The notes below the pieces were generated by a model. The model did no database searches. It saw nothing but the letters and a program-made list of their open reading frames with translations, and was not told the origin of the DNA. From assembly GCA_021323475.1 (NCBI GenBank), contig JAJQJM010000002.1, positions 1 to 58,578 on the forward strand: a stretch of 58,578 bases of DNA. The letters are read 5' to 3'. The translations under genes and the position numbers were made by a program. Source of the DNA: Vampirovibrio sp. (GTDB taxonomy: Bacteria; Cyanobacteriota; Vampirovibrionia; Vampirovibrionales; Vampirovibrionaceae). This document shows positions 9,525 to 17,081 of this stretch, piece by piece (positions within the stretch are counted from its first letter, which is position 1; each line of letters starts with the position of its first letter).

Positions 9525-10486
9525 CTTTTTCCTCCCTCATTCATAAATTGATAAGACAATTCCCCGGATTTTGAACCGGCGTTTTGAATCATGGTGCCAA
9601 CCCCGTGATGTGTAAAAATTTCCAGCAACAAGGCGTGAGGCACCCGACCGTCCAGAATATGCACCGATTTCACCCCTTGGCAGACCGTTTGAATTGCACT
9701 CTGAACCTTGGGAATCATCCCGCCGGTAATTTGCCCGTCCAGAATGGCCTGCTCCGCTTCCGCCACCGTCAGGGTGGAAAACACCGATTCCGGATTTCCC
9801 GCATCCGCCAACACACCGGGCACATCGGTTAAATAAACCAGTTTTTCCGCCTGCATGGCCTGCGCAATGGCAACCGCCACTTCATCCGCATTAATGTTAT
9901 AGCTTTGGCCCTGCCTATCCATGCCCACGGACGCAATTACCGGAATCATCCCGCTTTCCAACAATACGTGAATCAACTTTGGGTTCACCTGTTGCACAGA
10001 ACCAACCCAGCCCAAATCCGGGCCATTGGTTAGCTTTTTTTGAGCCACTAACAAATGGGTATCTTTTCCGCACAGCCCTACCGCCTGAACGCCCAGCGTT
10101 TGCAATTGCGCCACGATGCGTTTATTGACCTGACCCACCAGCACCATGTCCACCACCGCAATGGCATCATCATCCGTGACTCTCAAGCCGGAAACAAACT
10201 GGGGCTGCTTGCCCAATTGCTGAAGGGTCCGGCTAATTTCCGGCCCGCCGCCATGCACCACAATCGGCTGGATGCCCACCGTCCGCATCAGGGCAATATC
10301 GCTCAGGATGCTTTGGGCGGCAGGGCCTTCCGCCATAACGCTTCCGCCATATTTCACCACCACGGTTTTACCGTGAAACGTCTGCAAATAAGGCAGCGCC
10401 TCAACCAGAATCTCCGCTTTCCTGGTAGCCAGCTCGCGAATTTGAGCCGGACTGGTTCCCTCTTTAATAGTCGCTTGTGCTGACAC
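9521..10486 (-). CDS. argB: acetylglutamate kinase
   Basis: The VVVKYGGS motif is present. The start is GTG, with AGGAG 7 nt upstream inside the end of argJ. Confidence 0.9.
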   Translation of the reverse strand: MSAQATIKEGTSPAQIRELATRKAEILVEALPYLQTFHGKTVVVKYGGSVMAEGPAAQSILSDIALMRTVGIQPIVVHGGGPEISRTLQQLGKQPQFVSGLRVTDDDAIAVVDMVLVGQVNKRIVAQLQTLGVQAVGLCGKDTHLLVAQKKLTNGPDLGWVGSVQQVNPKLIHVLLESGMIPVIASVGMDRQGQSYNINADEVAVAIAQAMQAEKLVYLTDVPGVLADAGNPESVFSTLTVAEAEQAILDGQITGGMIPKVQSAIQTVCQGVKSVHILDGRVPHALLLEIFTHHGVGTMIQNAGSKSGELSYQFMNEGGKR

Positions 10487-10489
10487 GTT

Positions 10490-11776
10490 TTAGCTCCTGT
10501 AGCTACTGTTAATGCTGACGTATTCATGGCTCAAGTCACAGCCCCAGGCCGTCGCCGTTTCGGCGCCCGCCTGCAAATCAACCTGGAATATAATGGTCTT
10601 TTCCTGCAAAACCGTTTTGGCTTGCTCTTCACAGAACGCCAGCGGCTTTCCGTCCTCCAGCATTAAAATACTGCCGGCCTCGCTGCATAGTTCCAAACGG
10701 ACGCATTCCGGATTGAACGCAACACCAGCAGCGCCCATTGCCGCCAGAACCCGCCCCCAATTGGCATCTTCCCCATATACGGCGGACTTGACCAGGCTGG
10801 AGGAAATTACCGATTTCGCCAACGTTTGGGCCACTATTTTAGTGGGTGCATGTTTAACGGTTACGGTTAAAAACTTGGTAGCCCCCTCACCATCCTTGGC
10901 AATGGCCTGGGCCAGATGCATATTCACCAAATCCAGCGCCTGCCTGAATTTGGCATAATTCACACCCTCGCAGCTAATGGGCGGATGATCTGCCATGCCG
11001 TTCGCCAGAACCGCTACCATGTCGTTGGTGCTGGTATCTCCGTCTACGGAAATCATGTGGTAACTGTCATCCACGCTCTCCTTCAGGGCTTTTTGCAGCA
11101 GATCCTGTTCAATGTTGGCATCCGTGGTAATAAAGGCCAGCATGGTCGCCATATTGGGATGAATCATACCGGAACCCTTCGCCATGGCACCTATGGTCAC
11201 CATAGTGCCGTCCAGTTCAAACTGCACCGCAATTTCTTTGGTAAACGTGTCCGTGGTTAAAATGGCTTCCGCCGCCTGAGTGCCTGAATTTTGGCTAGCT
11301 TCCAAGTTCCCGCCCAATTGAGCAAGACCCGTCAACAACGTATCAATTGGCAATGGCACGCCAATCACGCCGGTAGAGGCTACCAATACCTCCTCTGGCT
11401 GGCATTGGAGGCAGCTGCTTGCCATTTCCGCCATTTGCCGGGCATGAATCATGCCGTTTGCCCCGGTGCAGGCATTGGCGTTTCCGCTATTTACCACAAT
11501 GCCATAAACAGTATTGCCGCCATTCAATACCTGCTGACTCCAAAGCACCGGCGCCGCCTTGACCGTATTGGTCGTAAACACAGCCCCTACGACCGCAGGT
11601 TTTAAACTGGCGATCATTGCCAAATCTTTTTTCTTCTTTTTAATGCCCGCATGCAGACCGTTGGCCAGAAACCCTTGTGGTGCGGTAATGCCACCGGCAA
11701 TATAATGAAAGCAGTCCAGACCTTCGGCGCTTACCTGCTGGCCAAGATTGGGTAAATCCTGAATCGTGAGTGCCAT
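10490..11776 (-). CDS. argJ: bifunctional ornithine acetyltransferase / N-acetylglutamate synthase
   Basis: The self-cleavage site ATMLAFITTD is present. AGGA lies 8 nt upstream of the ATG. Confidence 0.95.
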   Translation of the reverse strand: MALTIQDLPNLGQQVSAEGLDCFHYIAGGITAPQGFLANGLHAGIKKKKKDLAMIASLKPAVVGAVFTTNTVKAAPVLWSQQVLNGGNTVYGIVVNSGNANACTGANGMIHARQMAEMASSCLQCQPEEVLVASTGVIGVPLPIDTLLTGLAQLGGNLEASQNSGTQAAEAILTTDTFTKEIAVQFELDGTMVTIGAMAKGSGMIHPNMATMLAFITTDANIEQDLLQKALKESVDDSYHMISVDGDTSTNDMVAVLANGMADHPPISCEGVNYAKFRQALDLVNMHLAQAIAKDGEGATKFLTVTVKHAPTKIVAQTLAKSVISSSLVKSAVYGEDANWGRVLAAMGAAGVAFNPECVRLELCSEAGSILMLEDGKPLAFCEEQAKTVLQEKTIIFQVDLQAGAETATAWGCDLSHEYVSINSSYRS

Positions 11777-11824
11777 ACGTTGTATCCTTTCGTACTACGA
11801 CCTTGTATTGCTGAACGTCATGCT

Positions 11825-11861
11825 AAAAACCCCTGGGCTTCGTTGGAATCGAGCTCAGGGG
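11825..11861 (-). terminator. intrinsic terminator/attenuator hairpin between the Arg-rich leader ORF and argJ
   Basis: Minus-strand RNA is CCCCUGAGC-(14-nt loop)-GCCCAGGGG followed by UUUUU. Stem arms are at 11853-11861 and 11830-11838, and the U-run is at 11829-11825. Confidence 0.6.
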
Positions 11862-11886
11862 TTTTGTAAATTCCGGTTCTTGTTCG

Positions 11887-11988
11887 TTAGTGGCGATAAC
11901 GAGAACGGCAGGTCAACATCCCGAGCCCGAAAGTACGGCGGCTACGGCGACGTCGGATTTGAGTATTTTCAAAAAAGGAGATCAACAT
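11887..11988 (-). CDS. candidate arginine leader peptide (33 aa, 9 Arg codons)
   Basis: My own reverse-strand translation gives ATG..TAA = MLISFFENTQIRRRRSRRTFGLGMLTCRSRYRH. Codons 12-18 are CGA CGT CGC CGT AGC CGC CGT. A weak AGG lies 6 nt upstream of the ATG. The ORF sits between a candidate promoter and a terminator just upstream of argJ. Confidence 0.55.
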   Translation of the reverse strand: MLISFFENTQIRRRRSRRTFGLGMLTCRSRYRH

Positions 11989-12018
11989 GTCCAACCTGCC
12001 AATTGATAGTGCCTAGCT

Positions 12019-12047
12019 AAATTACCTTTAAACCCGGCTATTGTCAA
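12019..12047 (-). promoter_or_regulatory. candidate internal promoter for the leader-argJBDGH unit
   Basis: Minus strand: consensus TTGACA (12047-12042), 17-nt spacer, TAATTT (12024-12019). It lies directly after the argC stop. Confidence 0.4.
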
Positions 12048-12068
12048 CAAAAAAACAGCAGGCCGTTA

Positions 12069-13115
12069 TTACACCGGAAACAGAGGAATCGCCTCCAGGC
12101 CGGCAGTCTCTTCCAGATCCAACATCAGGTTCATGTTTTGGATTGCCTGTCCCGCAGCGCCTTTAACCAAATTATCAATGGCCGCTACCACAATAATCCG
12201 GCGGGTCCGCTCATCCAACCGAAAGGCGATATCACAGTAATTGGAGCCCTTGATCCACCGGGTTTCCGGAAGCATTCCGGGCGGCAGAAGCCGGACAAAC
12301 GGTTCCGCATGATAAGCGGCTTCGTACGCCTGCCGTACCTCTTGTTCGGTTACGGAATCGGTTAAATTGGCATAGATAGTGGCCAGAATACCCCGGTTCA
12401 TCGGCACCAGGTGAGGCGTAAAGTTAAGCGTAACCGGCATATTGGCAATGTTGCCCAACGTCTGCTCGATTTCCGGTGTATGCCGATGTGAGGCAACGCC
12501 ATACGCTTTAATGGACTCGTTGCATTCGCTGAAGTGATGCCCCAGGGCCAACGCGCGCCCAGCACCCGTCACGCCGGATTTGGCATCGATGATAATGCTA
12601 TTCGGATCAATCCAGCCTTTTTGCAGTAAGGGCGCAATCGCTAACGCGCTACACGTGGGATAACAACCAGGATTGGCAATCAACCGGGCCTTTTTAATTT
12701 GTTCGCGGCACCACTCCGGCAGTCCATAAATAGCTTGGGCCAATAGCTCCGGTTTGGGATGCGCCAGCCCGTACCAGTGTTCGTATACGTCCGCGCTCTG
12801 CAGGCGAAAGTCCGCGCCTAAATCCACTACGCGGGTTCGGGTCAGCAAGTCCGCATCAATTTTTTGGGCCACATGCCCATGCGGCAAAGCGAAGAATAGA
12901 ACATCCGCCTGCTCTACCAGCGGCTCAATGGCCTCTTCTTCACAAATCAAGGGGATGCGCTTGGCGAAATTGGGATAAACCTGCTCCAAAGGCTGCCCCA
13001 CGTAACTGTGGGAGGTAATGGCCGTCAGTTCCACCTGGGGGTGCTGGACCAACAGCCGTACCAATTCCGCACCCGCATATCCGGTTGCCCCTACCACGCA
13101 TGCCTTTACCGTCAT
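12069..13115 (-). CDS. argC: N-acetyl-gamma-glutamyl-phosphate reductase
   Basis: VVGATGYAG and the catalytic NPGCYPT motif are present. I placed the start at ATG 13115, which has GGAG 9 nt upstream. The ORF is open from TTG 13130. Confidence 0.95.
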   Translation of the reverse strand: MTVKACVVGATGYAGAELVRLLVQHPQVELTAITSHSYVGQPLEQVYPNFAKRIPLICEEEAIEPLVEQADVLFFALPHGHVAQKIDADLLTRTRVVDLGADFRLQSADVYEHWYGLAHPKPELLAQAIYGLPEWCREQIKKARLIANPGCYPTCSALAIAPLLQKGWIDPNSIIIDAKSGVTGAGRALALGHHFSECNESIKAYGVASHRHTPEIEQTLGNIANMPVTLNFTPHLVPMNRGILATIYANLTDSVTEQEVRQAYEAAYHAEPFVRLLPPGMLPETRWIKGSNYCDIAFRLDERTRRIIVVAAIDNLVKGAAGQAIQNMNLMLDLEETAGLEAIPLFPV

Positions 13116-13208
13116 CCAATCCGTCTCCAATCACAATTTAAGGCCATAACGACCATATCGTCGTTTTTTTGAGGCGTGACAACAGCCTCAACCTGCTCGC
13201 AAGAGCGC

Positions 13209-13217
13209 ATTATAGCA
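13209..13217 (-). promoter_or_regulatory. extended -10 promoter for argC
   Basis: Minus strand reads TGCTATAAT (TGn + perfect TATAAT), ~90 nt upstream of the argC ATG. No good -35 is present. Confidence 0.45.
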
Positions 13218-13334
13218 AAACAACCGCAGCAATCGAGAACTTAATACGGAAAATTTTGAATCCCGAGTTTTTAAACGGGCACCGGAGCCGGATGAATTGG
13301 CAGAAGTAAACAAGGGTTCTAGCTTACAGACTAA

Positions 13335-13362
13335 TTGTATCTGCCCGCAAAAGGACTACAAT
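13335..13362 (+). promoter_or_regulatory. sigma70-type promoter of the small acidic protein gene
   Basis: TTGTAT (13335-13340), 16-nt spacer, TACAAT (13357-13362). Confidence 0.5.
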
Positions 13363-13446
13363 AGAGCCTGCTTTGCGCACCGGGCCGGCTCAAACCCGTA
13401 GTAGGCCCGTCAGTAACACATCCGCAGGCAAACAGGAGGACACCTC

Positions 13447-13746
13447 ATGACTGGACGTGAATCATCCGACCCATCGATTACAGAACCCTTCCAGGGGGCT
13501 AACCCGCCTGAGGCGGACCTGGGCAGACCGTCCCGCGAAGAGGAGGAGCGCGAAGAGAACAAGAATATTGAGGATTATATGTCGAACCTTGGCGCGGGCA
13601 CCGGTGTGGATATAGGACCCGGAGCCGCCGGAGAAATGGGCGGAGCAGCGCGAGAGCCCGACCAAGCCCCTCCCAACAAAAAGGAAACTTCCGAGGCATC
13701 GGTTGAGTACCCGGATAGCGGCGATTTGCCCCAAATCAACCGTTAA
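13447..13746 (+). CDS. small acidic, Gly/Pro/Glu-rich, probably disordered protein (99 aa)
   Basis: AGGAGG lies 8 nt upstream of the ATG. The gene has its own promoter and an 11-bp perfect terminator. I recognise no domain. Confidence 0.6.
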   Translation: MTGRESSDPSITEPFQGANPPEADLGRPSREEEEREENKNIEDYMSNLGAGTGVDIGPGAAGEMGGAAREPDQAPPNKKETSEASVEYPDSGDLPQINR

Positions 13747-13765
13747 TCCCCTTTATTAAACTATC

Positions 13766-13794
13766 AGAGCAGCATTTTCCAATGCTGCTCTTTT
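13766..13794 (+). terminator. rho-independent terminator
   Basis: AGAGCAGCATT-ttcc-AATGCTGCTCT forms an 11-bp perfect stem and runs into TTTT. Confidence 0.8.
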
Positions 13795-14177
13795 AAATTC
13801 TTGCGTTCAGCAGCGGCTTCGGTATATAGCCCCACGCTCCCGGTTCATTGTAAGCACTGACTGAAAGAGAAACGGCCATGCAGGACGCCCATGACTTCAA
13901 TCGGGACAGGCAGCAGACAAGGCAGGAAAGCTTCTACTACGGAGGTTTCTGTTCACCTGCCTGGACACGCACGTTTGGTTAAACCCTTCAGCACGGAAGC
14001 GAGGCTCTGCCATAAATAAATAGCCTAGCGGGTAATTTTTTTAAGTGTTGACTATCCGTTAAGCTAAAATTCTTCCCTGAGAGAGAGAAGACTAGTCGCG
14101 TGAATGGGAGAGATTGAAATCGGCTTACAGGCCGGTTCAGTTCAGATGCAGTTGCCACGTTCGGAAAGGAAGGACTT

Positions 14178-16748
14178 ATGCAGCAGGATGCCAACGCCCT
14201 GGCCAAACGCTGGGGAATTTATATTGCTATGGCCGGAAGCATTACATTGGCGACTTCATTGCCGATGCTGGCCGCCCAACCCGTCAACACCATGAATGAT
14301 GGACGCATTGTTAAGGGTGGTGAATACTACAACACCGCAGACGGCAAAACAACCTTCACCAACTCCGGCTCCGGGGGACTTTGGGTGCAAGAAGGCGTTA
14401 CCGTCCGAGGGCTGGAAGCGAACGCCAATGGCAACCTGACCAATAATGGCGGCACCCTTCACTTTTTAGCCCCCGGCAGCGTGGTTCGGATTGACGGCAA
14501 GGTAGATGTCAGCGGTGTTCTAAGCGGCAACGGCGGCTATCTTGGCGACGGCGGAAAAGTCTTTGTGGATTCCGCCTTCCTGTACCAGAGCGGGCACATT
14601 TACGCCAATGGTAATAACGGCGGATTGGTGCAAATGAATGTCGGCTCCGCCGTGTTTGCTCCCGGCTCCAGTATTGAAGCCAAAGGGTTCGGCGGGAACG
14701 GAGGGGCCATCGCCATCAATTCCGACGGACTGGTCAAGATTTCCAACCGGGCATTACTGGACAGCTCTGGCCGGGTGGCGGGAACCTTCGACAGCAACCT
14801 GATTAACATTGAAGGCGGGGCTATCTACAATGCGGGCATTCTCCGCGCCGACGGCGTGGTACCCACCTCCGCATCCGGAGCAATTCCCGGCACCCGTGGG
14901 GGCACCATCCGGCTGGTGGCAACCGGAAACACCAATTTGAACCAAATGGCATCCACCTTGAATGACGCCGCCAACGTATCCCCGAATGACCCGGTGCAAA
15001 CGGCCACTATTTCCCAAACGCAAGCCCAGCAATTGAAAACATCCGCCAATCTCATGCGCATCGCCCAGGACGGCAGTATCGTGAATGAGGCTCCCAGCAG
15101 TCAAAACCCGACCGGCGGCCTGATCAGCGCAACCGGGAGCCAAGGGCCGGTGGCAGATAATAATGATTATATTCAAGATTCCACCCAGCGGGCCGGCGAT
15201 GGCGGCACCATCAGCCTTACCGCCATGAATCATGTGACCAATCGGGGCAAAGTAACCGCCAGCGGCGGAGATGGCCTGCTGGGCGACACCTCGACAAATG
15301 GGGGCAACGGTGGAGCGATTGTGGTACTTGCCAACGGCAGCATCATCAACAGCCAGGATACTCAGAGCGGCTATCGGGGCCGCTATAACGCCAATGGAGG
15401 CCGGGGCGGCAAAAGCCTGAACACAACCCCCGCATCCACGGGCGGCAATGGCGGCTTGCTGGCATTCAGCTATGGTGACCAAATGATTAACAGCGGCGTC
15501 ATTCAAGCCATCGGTGGCGTTGGCGGTGCGGGAGGCAGTGCGCCGACAGTGGGAACGGGCGGCGCTGGCGGGCAAGGCGGACTCATCGTGTTGAGCGGCA
15601 ACGCGAACCCTATTGGCGGTGGCTACCTGGATGCTAACGGCGGATGGGGTGGATCTGGCCTCGTGGGCGGAAATGGAGGCCTCGCAGGAACAATCGTGGC
15701 TCCGGTCCCCAATCAGTTAAGCCATGGCCAAATCGCATTTCAGTCCGACGGAGGAAAGGGGGCCAGCTTAGGCCAAAGTACACCGTCTCCCATTGGGCAG
15801 ACTCGACCTCTAAACCAAATCACGGCCGAGAACGAATTGCTGACCCACGGCGAAAATCTGATTCTGCTGACCCGAAACGAAGGCGGGTTACGCAAGTTTA
15901 CATTAAGAGATCGGGCGGAGAGCGCCAAAATACGCTCCGTGTTGGATCCGAAAGGCCTCGGTGTGGCAAGCCGGGCAATTGCGGCCAAGGAAGCTCCGGG
16001 CACTACCTTGCCCTACCGCAACCTCATTATTGGCAGCAGCGCGAATGACCTGTCATTGGTGCTAAACCGGGAACCCGTGTTTATCACCCCGGATTCCGAG
16101 GTGAACCTGTACCGGTTGAATACGTTAACAGTCCTGAATAACGGGTATACCACCAATACCTTCGGCTGGAGCGTGGGCGATCTCACCCACCAAACCGGCG
16201 GCAGAATCTCCATATTGGCCACGGGCGATATCGAGAACGGGACAGGCTTCAACACCTCCGGTCGGCTGTCCGGCGGCAGCATTAACCTGGCAAGCAAAAC
16301 CAACATCAGCAATTACGATGTGCTGGGAACCAGTAACCCGAACGATGGCACAGGCGTCCACGGCGGCAGCCTGATGATGAATGCCCGCCAAAGCCTGTTC
16401 AATGCGGGATTCAGGACAATCAGCACCAGCGGCGGCATGATTGGCGGAACCCAACGTTTTAATGCCAATGGCGATTTCCTGAACCTGGGCGACTTTTATT
16501 CCATAGCCTACAACACGGCGCCCGGTACACCTATTACCGGGGGAAATATTCATGTTCGGGCAGGCACCGTGTACCAGGGCGGTAGCGACGACTACAACCC
16601 CGTCTTTGTGCAGGCCAACGCCATGAGCAATAACCAGGGCTACGGCGGATACGTCTCCATCCATGCACAAACGGTGGATAACACCCTTAGCCAGATTGAG
16701 GCCAACGGCAGCCAGCAAAACGGAACCGTGATTACCGGATCGCCTTAG
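14178..16748 (+). CDS. secreted glycine-rich parallel beta-helix repeat protein (adhesin/Pmp-like)
   Basis: The N-terminus looks like a Sec signal (IYIAMAGSITLATSLPMLAAQP). GGAI motifs recur (GNGGAIAINS, FDSNLINIEGGAIYNAG, GNGGAIVVLANG), and there is a long GGxGG-rich tract. RBS AAGGAAGGA lies upstream. Confidence 0.7.
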   Translation: MQQDANALAKRWGIYIAMAGSITLATSLPMLAAQPVNTMNDGRIVKGGEYYNTADGKTTFTNSGSGGLWVQEGVTVRGLEANANGNLTNNGGTLHFLAPGSVVRIDGKVDVSGVLSGNGGYLGDGGKVFVDSAFLYQSGHIYANGNNGGLVQMNVGSAVFAPGSSIEAKGFGGNGGAIAINSDGLVKISNRALLDSSGRVAGTFDSNLINIEGGAIYNAGILRADGVVPTSASGAIPGTRGGTIRLVATGNTNLNQMASTLNDAANVSPNDPVQTATISQTQAQQLKTSANLMRIAQDGSIVNEAPSSQNPTGGLISATGSQGPVADNNDYIQDSTQRAGDGGTISLTAMNHVTNRGKVTASGGDGLLGDTSTNGGNGGAIVVLANGSIINSQDTQSGYRGRYNANGGRGGKSLNTTPASTGGNGGLLAFSYGDQMINSGVIQAIGGVGGAGGSAPTVGTGGAGGQGGLIVLSGNANPIGGGYLDANGGWGGSGLVGGNGGLAGTIVAPVPNQLSHGQIAFQSDGGKGASLGQSTPSPIGQTRPLNQITAENELLTHGENLILLTRNEGGLRKFTLRDRAESAKIRSVLDPKGLGVASRAIAAKEAPGTTLPYRNLIIGSSANDLSLVLNREPVFITPDSEVNLYRLNTLTVLNNGYTTNTFGWSVGDLTHQTGGRISILATGDIENGTGFNTSGRLSGGSINLASKTNISNYDVLGTSNPNDGTGVHGGSLMMNARQSLFNAGFRTISTSGGMIGGTQRFNANGDFLNLGDFYSIAYNTAPGTPITGGNIHVRAGTVYQGGSDDYNPVFVQANAMSNNQGYGGYVSIHAQTVDNTLSQIEANGSQQNGTVITGSP

Positions 16749-16767
16749 CCTTTGCAACCCGTCAAAT

Positions 16768-16811
16768 CCAAACGGGCGTTGGATTATTCAACGCCCGTTT
16801 GGTGCCTTTTT
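16768..16811 (+). terminator. rho-independent terminator
   Basis: CCAAACGGGCGTT-(9 nt)-AACGCCCGTTTGG forms a 13-bp perfect stem. The downstream sequence TGCCTTTTT is T-rich. Confidence 0.65.
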
Positions 16812-17081
16812 GAGAAGCTTCTTTAAATCCTCACGATGAATTAAATTGCGTCGATTCAATTGGTTGCAGCTTTAACAGGAAGGGTAACATCAACGTAACT
16901 TGCGTTATGCCCCGGAGCAATAGACTTCCATGAATTTCTCTGGTATTCGAATAGGCAGAGATGACAAGACGGGTTTTTAGATGCTGAGCAGGGGAACAAA
17001 CGGCAGCCGGTTTTGCCCTGGTTTACCCTGAATACGCCTCTGGAGGGACAGCCCTCAACTCCCGTCAACCCAAAGGAAAAA

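Noticed and set aside
11825-12018. T-box or known riboswitch in the argJ leader.
   Set aside because: I found no specifier-loop/AGAGA/GNUGGNACC T-box core by eye. The Arg-codon run plus terminator fits a peptide attenuator better. Only a covariance-model scan could exclude known RNA families formally.
11766-12020. 84-aa plus-strand ORF filling the argC-argJ spacer.
   Set aside because: It is antisense to the arg operon and overlaps the argJ start. It has no SD. The region is better explained by the minus-strand promoter, Arg-rich leader ORF and terminator.
13112-13156. 14-codon uORF (MVVMALNCDWRRIG) whose TGA overlaps the argC ATG.
   Set aside because: It has no SD and only two Arg codons. 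Its sequence is largely the argC RBS region, so it is likely fortuitous.
13241-13262. ARG box (ArgR/AhrC operator) upstream of argC: GGAAAATTTTGAATCC.
   Set aside because: Only one TGAAT half-site is present and the partner half-site is missing. A weight-matrix scan and comparative data would be needed.
14754-15575. 273-aa minus-strand ORF, along with other long antisense ORFs at 16125-16757, 35527-36099, 38176-38787, 45419-46375 and 49705-50433.
   Set aside because: They mirror well-supported genes on the opposite strand. They have Arg/Gly/His-rich, domain-free translations typical of stop-poor antisense frames in GC-rich coding DNA.
14178-16748. Classical autotransporter or TpsA (two-partner secretion) exoprotein.
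   Set aside because: There is no C-terminal beta-barrel domain or terminal aromatic residue. I saw no NPNL/NPNG(I) TPS motifs near the N-terminus. No adjacent TpsB gene is present.
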